Shown here one piece after another: positions 29,322 to 38,824 of a stretch of 64,000 nt of DNA; positions within the stretch are counted from its first letter, which is position 1; every line of letters starts with the position of its first letter. The notes beneath the pieces are model-generated. The model saw only the letters and a list, made by a program, of their open reading frames with translations, searched no databases and was not told the DNA's origin. A program made the position numbers and the translations under genes. The stretch comes from Candidatus Cloacimonadota bacterium (GTDB lineage Bacteria; Cloacimonadota; Cloacimonadia; JGIOTU-2): contig JBNGBT010000002.1 in the NCBI GenBank assembly GCA_049903315.1, forward strand, positions 304,479 to 368,478. Direction: 5' to 3'.

Positions 29322-29770
29322 AATATCCAATATCCAACACGGAATGATCAATGAAGAAGGAAAAAGAAAGTAAAAAATTCGATTTACACAATAGATTAAT
29401 TGATTATGCTGTGAGAATAATAAAAGTATCTGAAAAACTACCAGCGACAATAACAGGCAAGCATATTTCATTGCAGATTTTGAGAAGTGGTACTTCTGTA
29501 GCTGCTAATTATGGAGAAGCTCAAAGCGCAGAATCGCGTTCAGACTTTATACATAAATTAAAGTTATCTCTCAAAGAACTCAGAGAAACTGATGTTTGGC
29601 TTAGGATCATTGAAAAATCAGAATTAATAGAACCAGCATCAAAATTATCTTTACTATTAAAAGAAACTGATGAATAATAGAAAATTAAATACTTGGATAT
29701 TGGACATTCCGTGCTTGCCGAGCCATATCCGCAAGCTGGCTGAGAAGGCTGGTTCAATATTGGATATTGA
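29322..29770. mobile_element. Inverted-repeat-flanked four-helix-bundle gene cassette inside the pgs operon
   Basis: Left arm AATATCCAATATCCAACACGGAATG (from 29322); right arm CATTCCGTG[39-bp insert]TTCAATATTGGATATT (29705-29768). Confidence 0.55.
29351..29677 (+). CDS. Four helix bundle protein (23S rRNA IVP-like family), apparently C-terminally truncated
   Basis: QILRSGTSVAANYGEA.SAESRSDFIHKL..SLKELRET..WL; ends at KETDE. Confidence 0.9.
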   Translation: MKKEKESKKFDLHNRLIDYAVRIIKVSEKLPATITGKHISLQILRSGTSVAANYGEAQSAESRSDFIHKLKLSLKELRETDVWLRIIEKSELIEPASKLSLLLKETDE

Positions 29771-29790
29771 AATATTTTAAAAGAGGTGCT

Positions 29791-30891
29791 ATGTACATCC
29801 CAAGTGCGCATTCTAAAATAAGTGTTATCATACTTCTGCTCATCGCAATAGCATTGTTTTTATGGATTCAAAACTCCAGGATTTGGGTGAAAGAAAAATA
29901 TTATGATGAGAAATTCCAGGCTGCACAACTCACAAAACAGGCTACTGATGCAATCAGAGAGTATAGGATTGGTCAGGGTTATACTTTTGATGAGTTGAAC
30001 GATCCTAATAAATCAGGTCTGATTGGAGACAAATATTCGCTTATCACAACAGACAGGGGAGATCTCACAGCAAAGTTGACCACGCTCAATCCAAATATAT
30101 CTGCAATTATTATTGATTTTTTCCAGCAAGCAAAACTTGAAAAAGGTGATGTGATCGCAGTGAATGTTACCGGTTCCATGCCAGCTCTCAATATTGCTGT
30201 TCTGAGCGCTGCAAAAGTACTGGGAATCGATGTCGTGCTGGTAAGCTCGGTCGGTGCATCTATGTTTGGTGCAACCGATCCTTACTTTACCTGGCTCGAT
30301 ATAGAAACGCTGCTCAATGAAAAGGATATCATTTCCTATAAAAGCATTGCAGCATCACTCGGTGGGGGACGCGACCTTGGGCGCGGATTGAGCAAAGCAG
30401 GACGCGATCTTATTGTGGAAGCGATTGATCGAAATAATGTTGAGCTTATTCAGGAAATAAGTATTGAGAAAAATATAGAACGCAAAATGGAAATTTTTGA
30501 AAACACCTATGCCAGCGATATTGCTCTCTATATAAATGTTGGTGGTGGACTTTCCAGTCTTGGAGATGCGGTGAATGGTCGTCTGCTCCCGCCGGGGCTT
30601 CATAAGCATGTGCTGACCCGCAATATACCCAAAAAAGGAACCATGTTCCTCTTCGCAGAAAAAGGAGTTCCAATCATTCATTTACTCGATGTGCGTGCAC
30701 TTGCAGAGGAGTATAACCTCCCAATCTCACCTGTGCCTTTGCCTGAACCAGGAACAGGCGAAATGTTCCTTGAGGAGAGATATAATCTCACTGTTACTTC
30801 CATTGCACTGGCAATCCTCGTGATCCTTATTGTAATAGTAATTTTCTTTGACAGAAGACAGCAGCAGTTTAAAGAAGAAAATGCGATATAA
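29791..30891 (+). CDS. pgsW: Poly-gamma-glutamate system protein PgsW
   Basis: DPNKSGLIG..ITT..G.L.AK.T..NP, GSMPALN, SSVGASMFGA, YINVGG; GAGG RBS before ATG 29791. Confidence 0.88.
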   Translation: MYIPSAHSKISVIILLLIAIALFLWIQNSRIWVKEKYYDEKFQAAQLTKQATDAIREYRIGQGYTFDELNDPNKSGLIGDKYSLITTDRGDLTAKLTTLNPNISAIIIDFFQQAKLEKGDVIAVNVTGSMPALNIAVLSAAKVLGIDVVLVSSVGASMFGATDPYFTWLDIETLLNEKDIISYKSIAASLGGGRDLGRGLSKAGRDLIVEAIDRNNVELIQEISIEKNIERKMEIFENTYASDIALYINVGGGLSSLGDAVNGRLLPPGLHKHVLTRNIPKKGTMFLFAEKGVPIIHLLDVRALAEEYNLPISPVPLPEPGTGEMFLEERYNLTVTSIALAILVILIVIVIFFDRRQQQFKEENAI

Positions 30892-30920
30892 GGAAGAATA
30901 TCCAAGTTTAAAGGTATAAA

Positions 30921-31808
30921 ATGAAGAAGTTTTTTATTGTATTTGTTATTATGATCATTGGCTCACATCTGAGAGCACAGCAAGCAGAACTGAAGTTTGA
31001 CCAGGCACCCGATAATTTTGTTCTTTATAATTCTAATAATCAGAAAATGTACTCCTACTACTTGCTGCCTTCAAAAGAGAATATTACCTTTACCACCCTG
31101 AACATCGATACTCTTGAGATATATTCGAGAATTTTCATTGAAGAACAAAAGGAAGCATATTCATACGAATATGTAGTCACATACAATTCTCGAAACGATA
31201 CTATTCATAAAACATGCAAAAAGAGCAGCATTACCCGTGGAGTGAACGGACAAGGAGTTTCAACATATAATAAATCTTTGATCGAGCTACAAAATAAACA
31301 ATATACTTTAAAGGTTAAAAATATCTCTTCGGAATCGATTCTGTTTAAATTTAACTATAATTCTCTTTCTAATTTTTCATCTCAGCATGAATATATTTCT
31401 TATAGCCCGGATGAATATGGAGATGAAAAAGTGCTCATGCTCAATGATAAAGAATATACGTATTACGAACCAAACAGCAACAGGATAGCTCTTGATCTTG
31501 AAGGTCCAATATATCTAAAAATTATCAGCCGTGTGCTTTTTAATATGACCGGAACAAAGAAGATAGATTATCAATTTGAGGTTTATGACAACAATAGTTT
31601 ATTTGCTTCTTTCGACGAGGTAGGATATAAATCTGCGAAATCTATCTTGACAAATAATATTGAATTAATTCCTTCAATTGGTGATGTGAATATTCTTCAT
31701 TTTGAAAAGGGTACGCATCATATCGAGATAAAGAAAACATCCAATAATCATGACGTGTTGTTTAGATTTTATATTAATAAAGCAGCAGTGTTCGTGGGGG
31801 ATAGATGA
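30921..31808 (+). CDS. Secreted hypothetical protein, possibly two beta-sandwich modules
   Basis: Signal peptide; beta-strand-like composition; follows pgsW. Confidence 0.75.
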   Translation: MKKFFIVFVIMIIGSHLRAQQAELKFDQAPDNFVLYNSNNQKMYSYYLLPSKENITFTTLNIDTLEIYSRIFIEEQKEAYSYEYVVTYNSRNDTIHKTCKKSSITRGVNGQGVSTYNKSLIELQNKQYTLKVKNISSESILFKFNYNSLSNFSSQHEYISYSPDEYGDEKVLMLNDKEYTYYEPNSNRIALDLEGPIYLKIISRVLFNMTGTKKIDYQFEVYDNNSLFASFDEVGYKSAKSILTNNIELIPSIGDVNILHFEKGTHHIEIKKTSNNHDVLFRFYINKAAVFVGDR

Positions 31809-32860
31809 AAAAATTAATTTTTATTTGTTTTGCAGTTTTAATAAGTGTGCAAATTCTCTCCGCACAGGAGTTCGACTACTCTCTTTACAACAAGATCGAT
31901 ATCAGAACCTTCTATGACAGCAATGTGCTCAACCTCTCCTCCAAAGACATTCATGAATTTCTGAGTGGGCAGGATCCGGAAAAATATCATATTAAATCAG
32001 TTGATGACATGGTGAGTTCATTTGATATTGAACTTGGTTTCAAACACAACCTTGTTATGGGGCATACACAGATCAGCAAATTCAAATTTTCTTATGACAA
32101 ATATTGGAAGAACGGATTTAAAGATTTCAAATTTGTGAGTTTTGAACTCATTCAATATTTCAGCAAATATGTAGATGTTCGAGCGAAATATTCTTATTAT
32201 CCATATATTTTCATCAATAAATATGAAAGCTATTTCGATCCTTATTATGGATATCATGATTTTACTTATTCAAAAAATCTGGTATGTTCGGGAATGAATA
32301 TCCGCATTCTTGATTATGTTGAGTTCGGATATAATTTTGAATATACTGATCAAAACTACAATGACTATTTTCCTGAATATGATGCCTATAATTTCATTAA
32401 TGAGGGCTGGATCGGTTTTAAACCCATGGATAATAGTAAAATTAAATTCAAATACTCATATATCTCGTCAATTGCACGAGCTGAAAAAGTGTATCAACCA
32501 GGCAGCATCGAGATTCGCGACCCTTCCTATGATGCAAATGTTTTTTATACCTCAATATCATTTCCTTTATTTAATAGCCGGCGTGGTAATGCAATAAAAT
32601 TGTTTCACAGTTTTGAGTGGGAAAATAAATATTTTCAATCACCATTTTCTCCGGTAGTTGATCCATTCCATTCAGGAAGAAAAGACAACATCTTTCATTA
32701 TGAGGGCTGGCTCATATATCCGATCTGGAACCTTTTTGATTTCCGGACATTTTATACCTACGAAAGCAGAAAAACAGAATCACCAAATGGAACACTCGTA
32801 TCTGATGAGAAGAATTACATAACACGAACATATGGTGTATCAATCCAGGTGAGATTCTAA
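31805..32860 (+). CDS. Putative outer-membrane beta-barrel protein
   Basis: Signal peptide, YDSNV motif, aromatic alternating strands, C-terminal Phe (VSIQVRF); overlaps upstream gene. Confidence 0.7.
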   Translation: MKKLIFICFAVLISVQILSAQEFDYSLYNKIDIRTFYDSNVLNLSSKDIHEFLSGQDPEKYHIKSVDDMVSSFDIELGFKHNLVMGHTQISKFKFSYDKYWKNGFKDFKFVSFELIQYFSKYVDVRAKYSYYPYIFINKYESYFDPYYGYHDFTYSKNLVCSGMNIRILDYVEFGYNFEYTDQNYNDYFPEYDAYNFINEGWIGFKPMDNSKIKFKYSYISSIARAEKVYQPGSIEIRDPSYDANVFYTSISFPLFNSRRGNAIKLFHSFEWENKYFQSPFSPVVDPFHSGRKDNIFHYEGWLIYPIWNLFDFRTFYTYESRKTESPNGTLVSDEKNYITRTYGVSIQVRF

Positions 32861-32887
32861 AACTTGCATCTCATAAATAATTATATT

Positions 32888-32919
32888 CTGCCATGCATTT
32901 TTGTGTGGCAGTTTTTTTT
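32888..32919 (+). terminator. Intrinsic terminator
   Basis: CTGCCATGCA..TGTGTGGCAG followed by T8. Confidence 0.8.
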
Positions 32920-33118
32920 AAAGTAAGCCTTACTCGTTCCTAAGTTGAACTTGGGAACGAGAAAGTATTATTTTTGCGAGTTTAACACAACATATCTAAT
33001 ATTCATCAATTATACTGGAATTTGTTGGTTTTTTATTTTTTTCTACTTGACAGATTTATTTTTGAAAAGTTATAAAGTCCTAACAACAAAAATAACTATA
33101 ATTTGCCGGGAGGTAAAA

Positions 33119-35254
33119 ATGAAAAAAGTTGTAATAATTATATTATTGAGTTTATTAATATCTACAAGTAGTCTTTATTCATTTGCTGGAGGTGATGGAT
33201 CATCCGGAAATCCCTATCAAGTAGCAACTGCTGATCATTTGAATGATGTAAGAGATTATTTAGATAAGTATTTCATTCAAACTGCGAACATTGTTGATTT
33301 GAGCAGTACATACTCTAATTGGGAACCGATAGGGACATTAGCCTTACCATTTATTGGACATTATAATGGAGATGGATATTGGATTTCAGGGCTCACAATT
33401 AATAGATCATCAACTCCTAACGTAGGTCTCTTTGGATGTATTGGAGTTACCACAGATAATACAACGGCAACATCCATTACAAAACTGGGATTGACTACTG
33501 TTAATGTTATAGGAGCAAGAGGAACTGGAAGTTTGGTTGGCAGAGTCAAAGGCAATTCACAGACTCTCATTGAACAATGTTACGTCTATTCTGGAACAGT
33601 TATAGGTGATGGTGCAACAGGGGGGCTTGTTGGGGCTAATAATAGTTATGTTGAAAATCCAGCTAACAAAAATTATAATCCAGTTATAAGCGAGTGTTAT
33701 GCAGATGTGAGTGTCTCCTGGTCTAAAAGTGGTCTCGGTGATAAAATTGGCGGATTAACCGGTTGTAATCAAAAAGGTATTATTAGAGACAGTTATGCAC
33801 GTGGTTCTGTTACTGTTGATAACGATCCATCTGCTGGATCTCCAGATAGAATGGGTGGTTTAGCTGGCTGTATACTTATTAGAGGATATATAGAAAATTC
33901 ATATTCAACTGGCTTGGTTTATACTGAGGGTACGGTGCTTCACGTAGGTGGTTTTGTTGGTAACGGCGGCGGTGGAGGAAGTGACGGGAATACATATGAT
34001 TGTTTTTGGGACACTCAAACTTCAACTCGAGCCACAAGTTCTCCGACATCAGGTTGCACAGGTAAGACTACTGCTGAGATGAAAACTGAAAGTACCTATA
34101 CTGATGCAGGATGGGATTTCACAAACATATGGAGTTTTTCAGAAGGCAACTATCCTGTATTAAGATATGTTATACATCCAGAGCCTAAAACTATTACTCT
34201 TACTGATGGAAGTTCATTTTCTCCGTCAGTAACTCCCGGTTCTACTGATCAGCCGATTGGACGTTTTTCTTTATCGGCTAGTGATACTGGAAGCGAACTA
34301 TCTCGTGTAACTATACGACTTGATGGCACACGTACTGGAGCAAGTAATTTCAAGTTATGGAAGAGTGCTAATTCCACATTTGGAAGTGACACTCAACTCG
34401 GTTCTACTGTAGTAACAGATCCCGGAGATGCAAAAACTGTAAGCTTTTCTTTTAACGAAGGACTTACAACAACTATGTTCTATTACTTTCTTACCTGTGA
34501 TGTTGCAGGTGGTGCCACTGGTTCAATAGAAGGATATTTAACAGACAATACAAGTCTTACATTTTATGATGGCGTCATTAGCGCAACAATAACGGACGCA
34601 CCTTTATCAAGCGGTGCAGCAACCCTCCCTGTCGAGCTCTCAACCTTTACTGGTCAATACATAAATAGCGTTCCCACTCTTTACTGGTCAACGCAAACAG
34701 AAACCGACAACCTTGGCTGGAATGTGTATCGTAACAAAGACAATGACTTTACATCTGCAGATCGTATAAACGGAGACCTTATACCAGGTCATGGTACTAC
34801 TTCACAAGTCCAGAATTATGTATATAAAGATATAAACGGTACTTTTGATGCTGGTGAGAATTACTGGTACTGGCTGGAAAGCATTGATTACGGCGGCACA
34901 GTAAATCACTACAATAGGGTAGCGCTCATTCACATTCCTGAAATTCAAAATCCTGATCCTCATAGTGCAGTACCACGAAAATACGGATTGCAGTCCGGTC
35001 CAAATCCCTTTAATTCTAACCTTTCAGTGAGTTATATGCTTCATCAAACCGATATGGTACGAGTTGAGATATACAACATGACTGGACAGCTTGTTGCACA
35101 GTTCAATGAAGGGCTGAGAACAGCGGACAGAGAATATATAATAGACTGGGACGGCAAAGACCTATATGGACAGAATGTAGCGTCCGGTGTCTTGCTTATA
35201 AAACTCATTACGTCAGAAGGTTCTGAGACAACGAAAGCCATTTTGTTAAGATAA
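33119..35254 (+). CDS. Secreted GLUG-motif protein with FlgD/T9SS-type CTD
   Basis: GGAGG RBS; FAGGDGSSGNPYQV, repeated GGLVG, GKTTAEM..GWDF..IW, LPVELSTF, PNPFN..IYN..GQ. Confidence 0.88.
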   Translation: MKKVVIIILLSLLISTSSLYSFAGGDGSSGNPYQVATADHLNDVRDYLDKYFIQTANIVDLSSTYSNWEPIGTLALPFIGHYNGDGYWISGLTINRSSTPNVGLFGCIGVTTDNTTATSITKLGLTTVNVIGARGTGSLVGRVKGNSQTLIEQCYVYSGTVIGDGATGGLVGANNSYVENPANKNYNPVISECYADVSVSWSKSGLGDKIGGLTGCNQKGIIRDSYARGSVTVDNDPSAGSPDRMGGLAGCILIRGYIENSYSTGLVYTEGTVLHVGGFVGNGGGGGSDGNTYDCFWDTQTSTRATSSPTSGCTGKTTAEMKTESTYTDAGWDFTNIWSFSEGNYPVLRYVIHPEPKTITLTDGSSFSPSVTPGSTDQPIGRFSLSASDTGSELSRVTIRLDGTRTGASNFKLWKSANSTFGSDTQLGSTVVTDPGDAKTVSFSFNEGLTTTMFYYFLTCDVAGGATGSIEGYLTDNTSLTFYDGVISATITDAPLSSGAATLPVELSTFTGQYINSVPTLYWSTQTETDNLGWNVYRNKDNDFTSADRINGDLIPGHGTTSQVQNYVYKDINGTFDAGENYWYWLESIDYGGTVNHYNRVALIHIPEIQNPDPHSAVPRKYGLQSGPNPFNSNLSVSYMLHQTDMVRVEIYNMTGQLVAQFNEGLRTADREYIIDWDGKDLYGQNVASGVLLIKLITSEGSETTKAILLR

Positions 35255-35276
35255 CTTTATTAATCTAAATTAAATT

Positions 35277-35310
35277 AAACTGCCATTCATTTCGAGTGGC
35301 AGTTTTTTTT
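35277..35310 (+). terminator. Intrinsic terminator (same stem as 32888)
   Basis: AAACTGCCATTC..GAGTGGCAGTTTTTTTT. Confidence 0.85.
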
Positions 35311-35342
35311 CTAGTAGTACTGAGAAGCTGATCTAATCGGAA

Positions 35343-35690
35343 TTATTTTTTCAAATTGTTAGGTGTCCCAACTGTTGATTTCAGTTCGAAATCTACTGTC
35401 GTAACACCATTACCAACTTCAATACTTTCTATTAATGTAACTCTGTATTCCGTGCTTTTTAACGCTCGACCATTATAGGTCTCATTTAGAATATCCATGG
35501 AATAGAAACCGTTCACATCAGTATAAGCATCAAAACAGATATGCTGCCCATCATTCGTGGTAAAATGTACTTTTGCATTGAATATTGGTTCACCTGTGTC
35601 TTTATTGGTGACATAACCAGTTACAGTACCAGCGATTGCCATATTTACTGTAATTAATACTAAACTTATGAGTGCAATGAGTTTTTTCAT
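35343..35690 (-). CDS. Small secreted carboxypeptidase-regulatory-like domain protein
   Basis: Signal peptide; GTVTGYVT..DTGEPI.NA.V..TD.NG.Y..VDFEL; AGGAG RBS. Confidence 0.8.
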   Translation of the reverse strand: MKKLIALISLVLITVNMAIAGTVTGYVTNKDTGEPIFNAKVHFTTNDGQHICFDAYTDVNGFYSMDILNETYNGRALKSTEYRVTLIESIEVGNGVTTVDFELKSTVGTPNNLKK

Positions 35691-35731
35691 TGTAACTCCT
35701 TTCTTTCTTTTTTATGTGCACTCATCATTAG

Positions 35732-35747
35732 TGCAACATTCGTGCCG
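35732..35747 (-). promoter_or_regulatory. Sigma54 (-24/-12) promoter for the 35343-35690 gene
   Basis: Minus strand CGGCACGAATGTTGCA (GG-N10-GC), about 40 nt upstream of the start codon. Confidence 0.7.
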
Positions 35748-35951
35748 GAGAAACATTATTTTTTGATATTTTTCACTAACTTGATTCTCCTATGCCAATT
35801 AAGGGTATGTTATTTTTATTATTATTTATCGTCGTATCAAACTTATTGCAAAAAAATTGTGCAGCAGCTTCCCATTTTGCAGCAACAAAAGAACAGTGCA
35901 AATTCTAATCCACCTTTATTGTGATAAATAAATATCGTATTTTCTCAAACC

Positions 35952-35970
35952 GCTGTTCATTATGAGCAGC
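35952..35970. promoter_or_regulatory. Putative enhancer palindrome
   Basis: GCTGTTCA-TTA-TGAGCAGC (1 mismatch); weaker copy at 35867-35885. Confidence 0.45.
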
Positions 35971-36259
35971 ATTAGTTTTCTCAGGCTGGATTTCACTCTT
36001 GGGTGGAGTTCAGTATGAAGAAAGAAGACATGATCGCACTGAAGCCCATCCGCTTGCAGGTATTATGAGGTCAAGGCTTGTCGAATATATTGTAGAACAA
36101 AGCAACAGAACAATTGTTGCAGAGTTATTTTCATGTCGAGTGCGAATATCCAAATGTATTTCTCACATATTCTTGACGAAAAAAAAGGATCGAAAATTAT
36201 CTCATCAATTAAAACATGCAGGTTTTCTGCAGAGATCACAAATTTAAAGGAGTAGTAAA

Positions 36260-37786
36260 ATGAAGAAAATCATTTTAACATTTATTCTTTTTTTATTCTT
36301 ATCGAGCACACTTTGTGCAGGGGCATTTCTTATCTCAGGCGGTGCATTCAGCCACACCTATCCGGTTGCTGCATTCAATGGTGCAAACTACCAAACTGCA
36401 TGGGTTGACAAGCGTTATAGTTCCTCTTATTATGCATTTTGGGGCAAGCAGGTTTCTTCCGATGGAACTCCAATAGGTACTGATACAGAAATTGAAGCAT
36501 ATCATTATTATCTGTCTTTTATGCCCGATATGTGTACTAACGGGAACAACTGTTTGTTGGTTTGGGAAAGATATCGAGCAGCCTATGGACCGGGAGATGC
36601 TTACGGAATATTAATTGATCGGGATGGGAATCCCATCGGTTCGAAATTCAGGATTTCTATTGGAAATACCGTGAATGCAAATTTTCCACATGGCGATTTT
36701 GACGGCACAAATTATCTTCTCGTATGGCAACTCGGTACTCCGAATAACGGATGCAAAATACAGGGACAATTTGTTTCACAAACAGGCACATTAGTGGGAA
36801 GCAACTTTGATATTCGCCCTGTAGGTATGGCAACAGGTGTCGATCAGATATATCCTGCAGTGAAATTTAATGGCACAAATTACCTTGTTGTCTGGGATGA
36901 TGATCGCACTGGCAGCAGAGATATTTATGGTCAGCTTGTTGGAACGGATGGCAGTATGGTTGGAAGTGATTTTCCAATATCAACTGCTGGCAATGATCAG
37001 ATGCTTGTCGATCTTGCATGGAGTGGTTCCGGCTTCTGTGCAGTGTGGCAGGATGATCGCTGGGATACTAATGATGCAAGTATTTTCGGTCAATTGGTCA
37101 ATGCAAACGGAACATTGAATGGAGATAATTTCTGTATTTATGAAGCCCCAGGTGACAGTGGATGCGGTTGGCCCTCAGTCGCTTCTTCTGGAGATTCCTA
37201 TCTAGCAGGATGGCATAAAGAATTCCTCGTTTATGATGAAAGCCCTCTTGATGAAACTCAAATATTTATAAGAGAAGCAGCAGGTGTTGATATTACACGA
37301 CCTGTCGTATGGTATGATGTACAGGCACAAAAAATTTCTCTTACAGGCGGCTTGGTCGATCCTACAATAGATGTGTGTGTGGAACAGTACCACCAAGATC
37401 AGGTTTATATCACTTCAGATGGAGACGATTATCTCATGGTGTGGGAGGATTCTCGGAACGGAAATCAGTATTATGTTGTGTATGGAGCGATAATTGATGA
37501 CATACCCGTGAGTGTTGATGATCCTATCGTGTATAACAGAATAGTGATTTCTCCCAATCCATCTTCTCAACACATTAATGTGAAATTTTCAATGCCAACA
37601 TCTCAAAAAATTGCACTCGAACTTTATAATGTAAAAGGACAGAAAATCACATCGTTCCATGACGGGATTATATCAGCAGGAACACATGAACTTATCTTTG
37701 AAACGAATGTTCCTTCAGGAATTTATTTCATGAAAATGCAGACAGGATCTGATGTATATATGGAGAAATTTCTTATTCTGAATTAA
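36260..37786 (+). CDS. Secreted beta-repeat (propeller-like) protein with CTD
   Basis: Signal peptide; repeats G.NYL.VW....GQ.V..DG...G.xF.I; SPNP..YNVKGQ..SGIYF CTD. Confidence 0.85.
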   Translation: MKKIILTFILFLFLSSTLCAGAFLISGGAFSHTYPVAAFNGANYQTAWVDKRYSSSYYAFWGKQVSSDGTPIGTDTEIEAYHYYLSFMPDMCTNGNNCLLVWERYRAAYGPGDAYGILIDRDGNPIGSKFRISIGNTVNANFPHGDFDGTNYLLVWQLGTPNNGCKIQGQFVSQTGTLVGSNFDIRPVGMATGVDQIYPAVKFNGTNYLVVWDDDRTGSRDIYGQLVGTDGSMVGSDFPISTAGNDQMLVDLAWSGSGFCAVWQDDRWDTNDASIFGQLVNANGTLNGDNFCIYEAPGDSGCGWPSVASSGDSYLAGWHKEFLVYDESPLDETQIFIREAAGVDITRPVVWYDVQAQKISLTGGLVDPTIDVCVEQYHQDQVYITSDGDDYLMVWEDSRNGNQYYVVYGAIIDDIPVSVDDPIVYNRIVISPNPSSQHINVKFSMPTSQKIALELYNVKGQKITSFHDGIISAGTHELIFETNVPSGIYFMKMQTGSDVYMEKFLILN

Positions 37787-37807
37787 TTATACATTGTTCT
37801 AAATTTA

Positions 37808-37857
37808 GCTGGGCTCTGACAGATGATTTTTCGTATAAAACTGAGCCCAGTTTTTTT
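37808..37857 (+). terminator. Intrinsic terminator (long loop)
   Basis: CTGGGCTC...GAGCCCAG followed by T7. Confidence 0.65.
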
Positions 37858-37933
37858 ATAATAGTTTCACTTCTAAGCGTGGAAGACGAACTCTAAATTC
37901 ATTAGAAATTAGAAATTTGATATTTTTACTTGT

Positions 37934-38680
37934 TTATTCTCTATTCCTTACAAATATATGCTTAATGCGTTTACCCTCGACATCGCGTTCGTCGATTTCG
38001 AAGTCCTTTTTCAGTGATTTAATAAGAGGTGTGAGTTTGAGAAATCCATAGTTGCGGGGATCAAAATCCCGTCTCTTTTTGATGAGTAGATTTCCTACAT
38101 CACCCAAAAATGCCCAGCCGTCTTCATCTGCGACATCGGAGATAGTAGAAGATATCAATCGAATCACCTTTGGGGTGATCTTATCAACTTCCGGCTTTTT
38201 TAGGGTTACATCTTCTTCAACTTTCGATTCTGTTCCCTTTGATTGTGATTTTAATATTTCAATATAAATAAACTTGTCACATGCAACAATAAAAGGCTCG
38301 GGAGTTTTTCTTTCTCCGATTCCGAAAACTTTCATGCCAGCTTCTCTTAACCGTGTTGCAAGACGGGTAAAATCACTGTCGCTTGATACAAGCCAGAAGC
38401 CATCGACCTTTTCAGAATAGAGTATGTCCATTGCATCGATTATCATTGCAGAGTCAGTGGAATTTTTACCTGTAGTGTAACTGTACTGTTGAATAGGGGT
38501 GATGGCATTTTCCAGAAGCATGTTCTTCCATTTGGTGAGAGTTGGTCGCGTCCAATCTCCATAAATTCTTTTGATCGTAGGATTGCCATATTTTGCGATT
38601 TCTTCCATCATTTCCTTCACGTATGCAGAAGGAATGTTATCGCCATCGATCAATACTGCGAGTTTTAAATCTTTTTCCAT
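37934..38680 (-). CDS. NYN domain + OST-HTH/LOTUS protein (LabA/DUF88 family)
   Basis: AVLIDGDN, GKNSTDSAMIIDAMD, SSDSDF, FDPRNYG..KL. Confidence 0.93.
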   Translation of the reverse strand: MEKDLKLAVLIDGDNIPSAYVKEMMEEIAKYGNPTIKRIYGDWTRPTLTKWKNMLLENAITPIQQYSYTTGKNSTDSAMIIDAMDILYSEKVDGFWLVSSDSDFTRLATRLREAGMKVFGIGERKTPEPFIVACDKFIYIEILKSQSKGTESKVEEDVTLKKPEVDKITPKVIRLISSTISDVADEDGWAFLGDVGNLLIKKRRDFDPRNYGFLKLTPLIKSLKKDFEIDERDVEGKRIKHIFVRNRE

Positions 38681-38824
38681 AGTTGTCCTTAATTAATCTG
38701 ATTCTATGAATGAAATTTGAAAGTATCCTGTCAATGTAAATCTTTTTTAAATGATGAGTTCAACAATAAGATTAAAATATTGACTGAAAATTGATAATAT
38801 ACTGAATCAGTTCGAGGTCTTAAA

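Noticed and set aside
29351..29677. Avd of a diversity-generating retroelement
   Set aside because: No reverse transcriptase and no TR/VR pair with adenine-specific mismatches seen in the window.
32945..33118. N-terminal extension of the GLUG protein (likewise the track starts at 5293, 6522, 7588, 29767, 43776, 44507, 50644)
   Set aside because: Downstream ATGs have clear RBSs and give proper signal peptides or family N-termini.
35999..36247. 82-aa TTG-start ORF
   Set aside because: No RBS or recognisable motif, and it runs across the promoter region of the next gene; a gene remnant cannot be excluded.
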